This document shows positions 30,426 to 40,300 of a DNA stretch of 64,000 nt, one piece after another. Position 1 is the stretch's first letter. Every line of letters begins with the position of its first letter. Position numbers and translations under genes: made by a program. Under the pieces are notes generated by a model. It had not been told where the DNA came from and made no database searches. It saw only the letters and a list, made by a program, of their open reading frames with translations. Source of the DNA: Bifidobacterium sp. UBA744 (GTDB lineage Bacteria > Actinomycetota > Actinomycetes > Actinomycetales > Bifidobacteriaceae); the NCBI RefSeq assembly GCF_002298605.1, contig NZ_DBKS01000055.1; one strand, 5' to 3'.

Positions 30426-32188
30426 CAGTCCTCCTCCTTCCTCGCATCGGATTGCGCAATGGCCGCGTCGGCTTGCCTCAATTGCGAATCCGCGATGTTT
30501 TGATAAATCGGGCACGTGCGCATCAGTTCCTCGTGCGTTCCCTTGCCCACGATCCTGCCGTTGTCCATGACGAGAATCTGGTCGGCGTCCATCACCGTGG
30601 AGATGCGCTGGGCCACGATGATCACCGACGAGTGGCGGGTGATCGGCTTCAGGGCGTCGCGCAGCCGGCGATCGGTGGCAAAGTCAAGCGCCGAGAAGGA
30701 GTCGTCGAAGGTGAAGATCTTCGGCGACCGCATAACGGCCCTCGCGATGCACAGACGCTGGCGCTGGCCACCCGAGAAGTTCGTGCCGCCCTGCGCCACT
30801 TCGGCGTCAAGCCCCTTGGGATTCTCACGGATGAATCCGTCGGATTGCGCTATTGCCAGGGCCTTCCACATGTGCTCCTCGGTGGCGTCGCCATTGCCGA
30901 ATCGGAGGTTGCCGGCCACGGTGCCGCTGAACAGCAGCGCCTTCTGCGGGACCGTGCCGAACAGTTCTGCCAGACGGTGCGGATCGTATTCCCTCACGTC
31001 GTGACCGTCCACCAGCACGTGCCCTTCGGTGACGTCGAACATGCGCTGCGCCAAACGGATGACGGTGGATTTGCCAGATCCGGTGGCGCCGATGATGGCG
31101 GTGGTCTGACCGGGTTTGACGGTGAAACTCACGTCGTCCAGCACCGGATCGTCTGCGCCCGGATAGCGGAAGCTGACATGGTCGAAACTGATCTCGCCGT
31201 GTGCGTCGGACGGTTCATACGGATGTTCCGGCGCGACGATCGAGGGCACGGTGTCGCGCACTTCGTTGACGCGTTCGGCGGACACCGACGCGCGCGGCAT
31301 CATGACGGACATCATGGCCGCCATCATCAGCGCGATGAGAATCATCATGAGGTACTGGATGAACGCCTGCAGCGAGCCGATCTCCATGCCGCCCGAATCG
31401 ATGCGCTTGCCGCCGAACCACATGATCGCGATATTCGACAGGTTGATGACGAACATCATCAGCGGCATCATCAAGCTCATCAGACGACCGACGCCCAGCA
31501 TGGTGGCGTAGAGCTTGTCGTTGCCGTCCTTGAACCGCTCGGCTTCGGTGTGTTCGCGGTTGAACGCCCTCACGACGCGCACGCCGGTTATCTGCTCGCG
31601 CACGATGCGGTTGAGATTGTCGAGCCGCTTCTGCAACTGGCTGAACAGCGGTCCCATACGGCTCATGAGCAGACCCGCCACCACGGCGATCACCGGAAGA
31701 ATGACGACCAGCGAGCCGGTGAGCGGCACATCCTGCTTCAGCGCGAGCACAATGCCCCCGAGAAACGTGATCGGCGCCTGCAAGATGATCATGAAGCCCT
31801 GGAAGAACATCATCTGGATCTGCTGGACGTCGTTGGTCGCGCGGGTGATCAGCGATCCTGCGGAGAACCGCTCCACCTCCTGCAGGGAGAAGCCCTCGAC
31901 TGCCGCGAAGTAGTCACGTCGCACTTCGTACCCGATGCGCATGGCAAGCCGCGCCGAAAAATACGCCGCCACGACGGCGGCCGCAACCTGGAGCGCCGAG
32001 AGGCCCAGCATGGCGGCCCCGTAACGGTAGATCTCATCGCGGTTGCCGGACGCGACGCCCTTGTTGATGATGTCGGCGTTCAAATTCGGCAGATACAGGC
32101 TCAGCAGCGCCTGGACGATCTGGAAGACGACCAGAGCCGCGACCTCGCCCTTGTACGGGCGCAGATATTCTTTCATAATCCGAAACAT
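30425..32188 (-). CDS. ABC exporter subunit (TMD+NBD), degenerate-site half of a heterodimer
   Basis: GATGSGKST, FSGGQRQR, non-canonical Walker B FDDSFSALD and switch Q (VAQR). Confidence 0.92.
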   Translation of the reverse strand: MFRIMKEYLRPYKGEVAALVVFQIVQALLSLYLPNLNADIINKGVASGNRDEIYRYGAAMLGLSALQVAAAVVAAYFSARLAMRIGYEVRRDYFAAVEGFSLQEVERFSAGSLITRATNDVQQIQMMFFQGFMIILQAPITFLGGIVLALKQDVPLTGSLVVILPVIAVVAGLLMSRMGPLFSQLQKRLDNLNRIVREQITGVRVVRAFNREHTEAERFKDGNDKLYATMLGVGRLMSLMMPLMMFVINLSNIAIMWFGGKRIDSGGMEIGSLQAFIQYLMMILIALMMAAMMSVMMPRASVSAERVNEVRDTVPSIVAPEHPYEPSDAHGEISFDHVSFRYPGADDPVLDDVSFTVKPGQTTAIIGATGSGKSTVIRLAQRMFDVTEGHVLVDGHDVREYDPHRLAELFGTVPQKALLFSGTVAGNLRFGNGDATEEHMWKALAIAQSDGFIRENPKGLDAEVAQGGTNFSGGQRQRLCIARAVMRSPKIFTFDDSFSALDFATDRRLRDALKPITRHSSVIIVAQRISTVMDADQILVMDNGRIVGKGTHEELMRTCPIYQNIADSQLRQADAAIAQSDARKEED

Positions 32189-32256
32189 CCGATTCCATAC
32201 TCCTTTCTGTGATATGCATCTCGATATGCATCGACGGCGAATCCGACGATGACGGC

Positions 32257-32916
32257 CTAGTGGCGCAGCACGCCATCCATGACGATGCTTGAGGCGTCAT
32301 CGGCCGTGATACCGAAATCGTGGAATTCGCGGGCCATCGCCATGGACATCACCACGCTCTGCACAAAGGCCACCACGGTGTCAACCGGCATGCGCAACTG
32401 GTCGGCGTCGGGACCGATCAGGTCATGGCAACATCGCGTCAGGTACGACAGTCGTTCCTGGTAGGTGTTTTTGACGCGTGTGATCTCCGACTTATGCGCT
32501 TCGACCGCGCCCTTGGCGCGCTGACCCTCCGATCCGCGCAGAAAACGTCTGAAGATGACCATCATGTGGACCCAGGACGATATGAGGTCGGTGGCCAGCG
32601 CGATATAGACGTCAAGGCGCTCCCGCAGGCTCGGCAGTTCATGAAGGGCCGCCAGCCGGCCGTCGGCGTCGTCATTGCGTGCCATTTGTTCGAGCCGATG
32701 CGAGAACGCCGCGATCAGCAGCTCCTCCTTGGAATCGAACACCCTGAACAAGGTGCCTTCCGCCACACCGGCCGCCTGGGCAAGCTCCTTGGTGGTCATG
32801 GTCATCTCGCTGTCGACCACTTGCCGGCTCACCGCTTCCAATATGGCTTCGCGACGCCGGTCGCTCGACATTGCCCGGGCTCTCGGTTTTCTTGCCTTCG
32901 CGGATTCATTGGTCAC
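32257..32916 (-). CDS. TetR/AcrR family transcriptional regulator
   Basis: HTH MTTKELAQAAGVAEGTLFRVFDSKEELL, directly upstream of the ABC pair. Confidence 0.9.
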   Translation of the reverse strand: MTNESAKARKPRARAMSSDRRREAILEAVSRQVVDSEMTMTTKELAQAAGVAEGTLFRVFDSKEELLIAAFSHRLEQMARNDDADGRLAALHELPSLRERLDVYIALATDLISSWVHMMVIFRRFLRGSEGQRAKGAVEAHKSEITRVKNTYQERLSYLTRCCHDLIGPDADQLRMPVDTVVAFVQSVVMSMAMAREFHDFGITADDASSIVMDGVLRH

Positions 32917-32934
32917 GGCGCATCACCATACCAC

Positions 32935-32958
32935 AAATGAGTGAGTACTCACTCATTT
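32935..32958. promoter_or_regulatory. Perfect 24-bp palindrome, putative TetR operator
   Basis: AAATGAGTGAGT|ACTCACTCATTT adjacent to the extended -10 TGgTATGGT (32925-32933, minus). Confidence 0.8.
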
Positions 32959-32968
32959 ACTCCGAAAG

Positions 32969-33010
32969 AAAAAAGGGATGTGTGACGGCTCAGCACCGCA
33001 TCACACATCC
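32969..33010 (-). terminator. Rho-independent terminator after glgA and the ABC ATPase gene
   Basis: GGATGTGTGA/TCACACATCC stem followed by CTTTTTT on the minus strand. Confidence 0.75.
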
Positions 33011-33056
33011 ACCCGATTCTCCCCCGGGGACGACGCACGCCTGGGCGGCATGGCAC

Positions 33057-33902
33057 CTACCCCGCGAACGCCATCCAACGTCCCCCATCATGCGCCACCG
33101 TCAGATCGAGCCCGAAAATGGCGCTGAGCCGTTCGGAGGTAAAGCCGTGCTCCAAATCACCGGCATAGACGATCGTGCCCGGCGCCGGATCATGACCGGC
33201 CACGTTATCGGCATACGCATCCGCCTCATTGCCGCTGACACGGCCCATGATGGCCACATGGTCAAAGCCCGGGGGGATCTCTTCCAGACGATGGGTGACG
33301 AGAATCACCGTGCGCCCGGCATCCCGCTCCCCTATCTCACTCAGCGCCCGCAGCGCGAGCTCCCGCCCGCCGAGATCAAGCCCCGTGGTGGGTTCATCCA
33401 GGATCAGCAGATCGGGATCGGCCATCAGGGCCCGGCAAATCAGCACCCGGGTCCGCTCGCCCTCGGAGAGCTTGAACATCTGCTTGCCCTCAAGGTAACC
33501 AATGCCGAACTGCGCCATCAACGCGCGCGCCCTGGCGTATTCCTCGGCGCTATACGTGTCCTTCCAGCGCCCGGTCACCGCCTTGGTGGCGGTGACCACC
33601 GCGTCGAGCGGATCCTCGTCCCCCGGAAACGCACGGGCGAGTTCTGCCGAGCTCAGTCCGATGCGCTGGCGATACGAAAAGACGTTCACCTTGCCCAACC
33701 GATTGCCGAGGATCTCGACGCTGCCCTCGGAAGGATGCCCGCGAGTGGCCATCATCCGCACCAACGAGGATTTGCCGATGCCGTTGGGTCCGAAGAGGAT
33801 CCATTTCTCCCCGCGCTTGACATCCAGATTGACGTCGGTGAGGATCACGCGACGCTGACGGCGGAACTCCACGCCGCGAAGCACTAATGCAGATTCGGCC
33901 AT
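33057..33902 (-). CDS. ABC transporter ATP-binding protein (ModF/YlmA-like, no adjacent permease)
   Basis: [26 protein letters not shown] and VTHRLEEIP motifs. Confidence 0.85.
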   Translation of the reverse strand: MAESALVLRGVEFRRQRRVILTDVNLDVKRGEKWILFGPNGIGKSSLVRMMATRGHPSEGSVEILGNRLGKVNVFSYRQRIGLSSAELARAFPGDEDPLDAVVTATKAVTGRWKDTYSAEEYARARALMAQFGIGYLEGKQMFKLSEGERTRVLICRALMADPDLLILDEPTTGLDLGGRELALRALSEIGERDAGRTVILVTHRLEEIPPGFDHVAIMGRVSGNEADAYADNVAGHDPAPGTIVYAGDLEHGFTSERLSAIFGLDLTVAHDGGRWMAFAG

Positions 33903-33903
33903 A

Positions 33904-35151
33904 TCACTTCCGCTCATCCAGCACGGACTGATACACGGCGACGGTGCGATCGGCGATGGACTCCCAGCTGAAATGGTCGCGGGCACGCTCGTAACCCGCA
34001 TGGCCCATGCGCTTGGCACGGTCGGGATCCTCAAACACCTTGTCGATGGCCGCAGCCATGTCGTGCACGAACTTATCGGGATCCGTGGGGGTGCCGGTGC
34101 CGTCATGCAGCTGGTCGATTGGGACCAGATAGCCGGTTTCGCCATCCACCACCACTTCGGGAATGCCGCCCGTCGCCGACGCCACCACGGGCAGACCGCA
34201 CGCCATGGCCTCGAGGTTGACGATGCCCAGCGGCTCGTAGATGCTCGGGCAGATGAAGGCGTCGCAGCCATGTTCAAGCGCGTTCAGTTCCGGACGCGGC
34301 AGCATCTCCTCGATCCAGATGATATTGCCCCGCTCCGCATCCAGGCGGGCGAATGCGGTTTTGACCTCCTCGGCGATCTCCGGGGTGTCCGGCGCGCCGG
34401 CGCACAGCACGACCTGGATGCCCTTGTCGATGAGATGCAGGGCCTTCAGCAGATACGGCAGGCCCTTCTGGCGGGTGATACGGCCGACGAACAGCAGCGT
34501 GGGCTTGTCGCGGTCGATGTGATAGCGATCGAACACCCCCCACCCCTCGTCATCAGGCGCGGGCGTGTCAAAATCGCTCATGGTGATGCCATTGTGCACC
34601 ACCACCACCTTCGCCGGATCCACATTCGGATAAGCGGCGAGAATATCCTCTCGCATGCCTCCGGAAACCGCGATGATGCGGTCGGCGTGCTCATACGCAT
34701 CGCGCTCGGCCCAGGACGACAGGTTGTAGCCGCCGCCGAGCTGCTCGCGTTTCCACGGGCGGAAGGGCTCAAGGCTGTGCGCGGTGATAACCAGCGGAAT
34801 GTCGTGCAGCTGCTGGGCGAGACGGCCGGCCAGACAGGCGTACCACGTATGAGCATGCACCAAATCGGCATCCACGTCATTGGCGATCTGCAGGTCCACG
34901 CCAAAGGTCTTCAGGGCGGCATTGGCGTCGGACAGCTCCGCCGGAACGTCATAGCCGACAAGCTTGAGGCTGCCCTTCGCCCGATCGGCATTGGGGATCA
35001 CGGGAACATCGTCCGAAGTGCGCCTGCCGTCAAAGGCGCGCACGGTCACGTCGATCCGCTCGGCCAGCACCTTCGACAATTCCTCGGCGTGCACCCCCGC
35101 GCCCCCGTACACATGCGGCGGATATTCCCTGGTCACCACGTCAACCTTCAT
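33904..35151 (-). CDS. glgA: Actinobacterial GT4 GlgA (GlgM-like ADP-glucose glucosyltransferase)
   Basis: TREYPPHVYGGAGVH, HAHTWY, LEPFRPWKREQLGGGY, FVGRITRQKG and EPLGIVNLEAMA motifs. Confidence 0.92.
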   Translation of the reverse strand: MKVDVVTREYPPHVYGGAGVHAEELSKVLAERIDVTVRAFDGRRTSDDVPVIPNADRAKGSLKLVGYDVPAELSDANAALKTFGVDLQIANDVDADLVHAHTWYACLAGRLAQQLHDIPLVITAHSLEPFRPWKREQLGGGYNLSSWAERDAYEHADRIIAVSGGMREDILAAYPNVDPAKVVVVHNGITMSDFDTPAPDDEGWGVFDRYHIDRDKPTLLFVGRITRQKGLPYLLKALHLIDKGIQVVLCAGAPDTPEIAEEVKTAFARLDAERGNIIWIEEMLPRPELNALEHGCDAFICPSIYEPLGIVNLEAMACGLPVVASATGGIPEVVVDGETGYLVPIDQLHDGTGTPTDPDKFVHDMAAAIDKVFEDPDRAKRMGHAGYERARDHFSWESIADRTVAVYQSVLDERK

Positions 35152-35237
35152 AGCGTCTCCTTCGAACCGGTTTGACTCTCAACCACCTACCAATATACCG
35201 GCTGCGCCTCCACCGACACGGCAACGGGGAACACGGG

Positions 35238-35711
35238 TCAGACGGCCGTGCCGTTGGCGTCGAGATTCGGATTGCGCTTCGAATCACCCGCGGTGAAGAA
35301 CAGGCTGAGCGTGCCGACGACGAACACCGCCGACACCGTGATGATCAGCCACAGCGGATGCTCCGGCAACCACATCACCACGAAGAACCCGATGATCGAA
35401 ACGGTGATGAGCACCCAGCTGACCAGACGGGCCCATCCCTTCGCCCCGTGCGGCGCGGTGAAGCCCTTCGAGGGATTGCGATAGTTCGGGTTGGTGTTGT
35501 ACGCGGTTTCCGTCGCGATGTCCTCCACATGGGCCGTGGGCTTCCAGGGACCGGAATCGTCCACGCCCTCCTGCAGGCGCCGCGACTTCTCCTGAAGCTG
35601 GTATTCGTCAATCATGCCGGAACGGCCGCGTCCACGAGTCTGATCGTATTGGGACGGGATGCCGCGGCGGCTGCGTTTCGCCTGGGCACGTCGTTCAGCG
35701 CGGTTAGCCAT
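35238..35711 (-). CDS. Hypothetical membrane protein
   Basis: 157 aa with a basic N-terminus and two C-terminal hydrophobic segments. GGAG RBS; fills the gltD-glgA gap. Confidence 0.75.
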   Translation of the reverse strand: MANRAERRAQAKRSRRGIPSQYDQTRGRGRSGMIDEYQLQEKSRRLQEGVDDSGPWKPTAHVEDIATETAYNTNPNYRNPSKGFTAPHGAKGWARLVSWVLITVSIIGFFVVMWLPEHPLWLIITVSAVFVVGTLSLFFTAGDSKRNPNLDANGTAV

Positions 35712-35833
35712 AGTTGCTCCCTTCGGCTAGGCATAAACAATGGATCCTGCGGTCGATGATACCGCAGGATCCAACGGCGCCATTGACCCGAACCCCTGTC
35801 CGGGTCTCAATGGCGATCCAATTCGGCAGCCGT

Positions 35834-37366
35834 TCAGCGAGGCAGCATCATCGGCCGGTCGGACGCCGCGATCGGGGCGGGAAGCTCGGTGGCACCGGTG
35901 AGGAACTTGTCCACGGCGGCCGCGCAGGAACGTCCCTCCGAAATGGCCCACACCACCAGGCTCTGGCCTCGTCCGGCGTCGCCGCAGACGAAAACCCCCT
36001 CCTGCGACGTGGCGAACTCGTCATCACGAGCCACATTGCCGCGACGATCGAGATCGACGGGCAGCTGATCGACCAGCGTCGTGGTGTCCGGATGCAGGAA
36101 GCCCACGGAAATCAGCACCAGATCGGCGGGCAGCACACGCTCGGTGCCCGGCTGACGGGTGAACGGGCCATCCTCGCCGGGAGCCACCGACACGACCTTC
36201 AGGCCGGTGACATGGCCGGTTTCGTCGGCGACGAACCCTTCGGAGGCCGTGGAGTTCTCAACGTGGACGCGGGCCCGTTCCTCCTCGGAACCGACAAAGT
36301 TGACCGAATCGGTGCTGTACAGGTATTCGCCGCCCTCGGCCATCGACGAGGTCTTCTGGTACAGGCGGGCGAAGGTCGGCCAGGGAGCGTTGTCCGGACG
36401 GGACGTCGGCTCCTTCGGCATGATCTGCAGCACGGTGACGTCCTTGGCCCCCTGACGGATCGCGGTGCCCAGGCAGTCGGAGCCGGTGTCGCCTCCACCG
36501 ATCACGATGACGTGCTTATCCTTGGCGGTGATGTCATGCACCGGCTTGACGCCGTAGACGCGACGCGTGGCGTCGGGCAGGAACTCCATGGCGAAGTGAA
36601 TGCCCTTCAAGTCGCGGCCGGGGATCTTCATATCGCGCGGCACGGTCGAGCCGATGGCCACGACCACGGCGTCATACCGATCTCGCAAATCATCCCAGCT
36701 GATGTCCTTGCCGATTTCGACACCGGTGCGGAACCGGGTGCCCTCGGCCTCCATCTGCTCAATGCGGCGATCGATCAGGTGCTTGTCGAGTTTGAAGTTC
36801 GGAATGCCGTAGCGCATCAGGCCGCCGATGGCGTCATCGCGTTCGTAGACCACCACGGTATGCCCGGCGCGGGTGAGCTGCTGGGCGCAGGCCAAGCCGG
36901 AAGGTCCGGAACCAACCACGGCCACGGTCTGGTCGGTGAGGCGCTGCGGTGGCAGAGGCTTGACGTAGCCGAGCTCCCACGCCTGGTCGATGATGGTCAC
37001 CTCATCGTTCTTGATCATGGTCGGTGGCTGGTGAATGCCGAGCACGCAGGAGGCCTCGCACAGCGCCGGGCAGATACGCCCGGTGAACTCCGGAAAGTTC
37101 GACGTGGTGGACAGGCGATTGTAAGCGTCCTCCCACTTCTCCTGACGAACCAGATCATTGAATTCGGGGATCAGGTTGCCCAGCGGACAGCCGGACATGC
37201 AGAACGGGGTGCCGCAATCCATGCAGCGGGCGGCTTGCTCGGTGGTCCAAGGCTGCAGGCCTGACTCGGCATGAACGTCGAACCAGTCCTTAATGCGCTC
37301 GGATACCGGCCGCTCGGCAAGCTCGTGACGGGTGCGGACCTTCAGGAATCCTCTGGGATCTCCCAT
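35834..37366 (-). CDS. gltD: Glutamate synthase small subunit
   Basis: MGDPRGF, RCMDCGTPFC..GCPLGNLIP, GSGPSGL, GGGDTGSDC and GQSLVVWAI motifs. Confidence 0.96.
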   Translation of the reverse strand: MGDPRGFLKVRTRHELAERPVSERIKDWFDVHAESGLQPWTTEQAARCMDCGTPFCMSGCPLGNLIPEFNDLVRQEKWEDAYNRLSTTSNFPEFTGRICPALCEASCVLGIHQPPTMIKNDEVTIIDQAWELGYVKPLPPQRLTDQTVAVVGSGPSGLACAQQLTRAGHTVVVYERDDAIGGLMRYGIPNFKLDKHLIDRRIEQMEAEGTRFRTGVEIGKDISWDDLRDRYDAVVVAIGSTVPRDMKIPGRDLKGIHFAMEFLPDATRRVYGVKPVHDITAKDKHVIVIGGGDTGSDCLGTAIRQGAKDVTVLQIMPKEPTSRPDNAPWPTFARLYQKTSSMAEGGEYLYSTDSVNFVGSEEERARVHVENSTASEGFVADETGHVTGLKVVSVAPGEDGPFTRQPGTERVLPADLVLISVGFLHPDTTTLVDQLPVDLDRRGNVARDDEFATSQEGVFVCGDAGRGQSLVVWAISEGRSCAAAVDKFLTGATELPAPIAASDRPMMLPR

Positions 37367-37367
37367 T

Positions 37368-40300
37368 TCAGTGGGCTCCTTCCATGACTTGTTCGTACGT
37401 CTTCTCCCACACGCCGGGCGCGGAGAAGTCGATGTTGTTGGCTTCGGCCTGCGCCATGGCGTTCAGCATGGCGACATAATGCGCTGGCACCACATGGGTG
37501 AAGCGTGTGACGGCATCGGCCCAGTCGCCCAGAAGCTCCTTGGCAAAGGCCGAACCGGTCTCCTCGGCATGCCTCTTGACCAGTTCATGAACCAGCTGCT
37601 CGTCCTCGCCCTCAAGCGGCTTGAACAGCAGAGAGCCGTCATGCGCGGCGGCGGGGTTGACCTTGTTCATGTCCAGATCGAGCACATAGGCGTTGCCGCC
37701 GGAGAAGCCCGCGCCGAAGTTGCGGCCGGTCGAGCCAAGCACCACCACGGTGCCGCCGGTCATGTATTCGCAACCGTGATCGCCGACGCCCTCCACCACA
37801 AACGTGGCACCGGAATTGCGCACCGCAAAGCGTTCGCCGGAACGTCCGGCCACGAACATCTCTCCGGATGTCGCGCCGAAACCGGTGACGTTGCCCGCGA
37901 TGACGTTCTCATGCGGGTCGAAGCTCACACCGTCCTCCGCGCGGACGATGATGCGGCCACCGGACAGCCCCTTGCCTGCATAGTCGTTGACTTCACCGTA
38001 AATGCGCATGGTTTCGCCCTTGGGGATGAACGCACCGATGGACTGGCCTCCGGAGCCGTGAAGCGTCATGTCGATGGTGTTGTCCGGCAGACCCTCCTCA
38101 CCATAGCGGCGGGTGATCTCATAGCCGACCATCGTGCCGACCGTGCGGTTCACATTTCGGATCGGCAGCTCGATGAGCACCGGCTCCTTGCGCTCAAGCG
38201 CGGGTTGGGCCATCTTGATGATGTCGTTGTCCAACGCCTTGCCGAGCTCGTGGTCCTGGGTCTCGGTGTTGTGCAGGATGGTCCCGGGGATCGGACCTGG
38301 CTGCATCAGCACGTTGGTCAGATCGACGCCGTCGGCCTTCCAGCGCTTGATCGCCTCGTCCTGGTCGAGACACTCGACATGGCCCACGGCCTCCTTCAGC
38401 GTGCGGAAGCCGAGCTCGGCGAGGATCTCGCGAACCTCCTCCGCGATGTACATGAAGAAGTTGATCACATATTCGGGCTTGCCCTTGAAGCGTGCGCGCA
38501 GCTCGGGGTCCTGGGTGGCGATGCCCTGCGGACAGGTGTTCTTCTGGCACGCGCGCATCATCACACAGCCTTCGACGATCAGCGCGGCAGTGGCGAAGCC
38601 GAATTCCTCGGCGCCAAGCAGCGCGGCGATCACCACGTCACGGCCCGTCTTGAGCTCGCCATCGCACTGCACGACGATGCGGGAACGCAAACCGTTGAGA
38701 ATCAAGGTCTGCTGAGTTTCCGCCAAACCGATCTCCCATGGGGTGCCGGCGTGACGAATGGCGTTCAACGGCGCAGCGCCGGTGCCGCCATCATAGCCGG
38801 AGATCAGCACCACGTCGGCATGGCACTTGGCCACACCCGCCGCGATCGTTCCGACGCCGAACTCAGAGACCAGCTTGACATGCACCCGGGCCTTCGGATT
38901 CGCCATCTTCGCATCGTTGATCAGCTGCTTGAGATCCTCGATCGAATAGATGTCGTGATGCGGCGGCGGGGAAATGAGCTCCACGCCCGGAGTGGCGTGA
39001 CGGACCTTGGCGATCCACGGCGGCACCTTGGCACCGGGCAGATGGCCTCCCTCACCGGGCTTGGCGCCCTGGGCGAGCTTGATCTGCAGATCCGTGGCAT
39101 GGACCAGATAATTGGAGGTGACGCCGAAACGGGCGGAGGCGATCTGCTTGATACGACTGTAACGCAGCGGGTCGTTGATGCGATCGTCCTCCTCGCCGCC
39201 TTCGCCGGAGTTGGAACGCGCGCCCAGCGTGTTCATGGCGATGGCAAGCGTCTCATGCGCCTCTCGGGAGATGGAGCCATAGCTCATGGCACCGGTGGAG
39301 AAGCTCTTGACGATCTCGCTGGCCGGCTCGACCTCGCTGATGTCGATCGGCTTGCGGTCATGCTTGAACTTCATCAGGCCACGCAGAGTCATCAGACGGT
39401 TCGAGGTGTCGTTGATGTGGTGCGAGTACTTCTTGAACATCTGGTAGTCACCGCGTTGGGTCGACTGCTGCAGCAGGAAAATCGCCTCGGGATCGTTGAG
39501 ATGGTCCTCACCGGTGCGCCGCCACTTGTATTCGCCGCCGGTTTCGAGGTTCATATGCGGGGTGGCGGTCCACTGGTTCGGATACGCCACACGGTGACGG
39601 ATCGCCACCTCTTCGGCGAGCTCGTCCAATCCCACGCCGCCAACCTGGGAGACGGTGCCGGTGAAGTACTTGTCGACGATCTGCTTGTTCAGTCCGACGG
39701 CCTCGAAGAGCTGCGCGCCACGGTAGCTCATAATCGTGGAGACGCCCATCTTCGACATGATCTTGAGCACGCCGATCGACAGGGCCTTGGTGAGGTTCTT
39801 CACGGCGGTGGGCGCATCGACCTTGAGATATCCGGTACGGGCCAGATCCTCGACCGACTCGAAGGCGAGGTACGGGTTCACGCAGGCGGCGCCGTAGGCG
39901 ATCAGCAGGGCGACATGGTGGACCTCGCGCACATCGCCGGCCTCGACGGCCATGGAGATCTGCGTGCGCGTATGGCGACGCAGCAGGTGGTGCTGCACCG
40001 CGGAGGTCAGCAGCAGCGAGGGGATCGGCCCCCAGGTGTGGTTGGACTCACGGTCGGACAGCACGATGAAGTTGCTGCCGTTGGCGATGGCCTCGTCGAT
40101 TTCGCCGAAGATCTCCTCGAGGCGGGCCTCCAGCGCCTTGCCGCCACCGGCCACCTGATACAGACCCTTGACGACGTACGACTTGTAATAGCCGCCAAGC
40201 ACCTTCGCCTTGTCGAGCCGCTTGAGCTGTGCCATTTCATCGGAGTTGATGACGGGCTGCGGAATGAGGATCTTCTTGGCGTGCAGTTCGGTGTCCTCGA

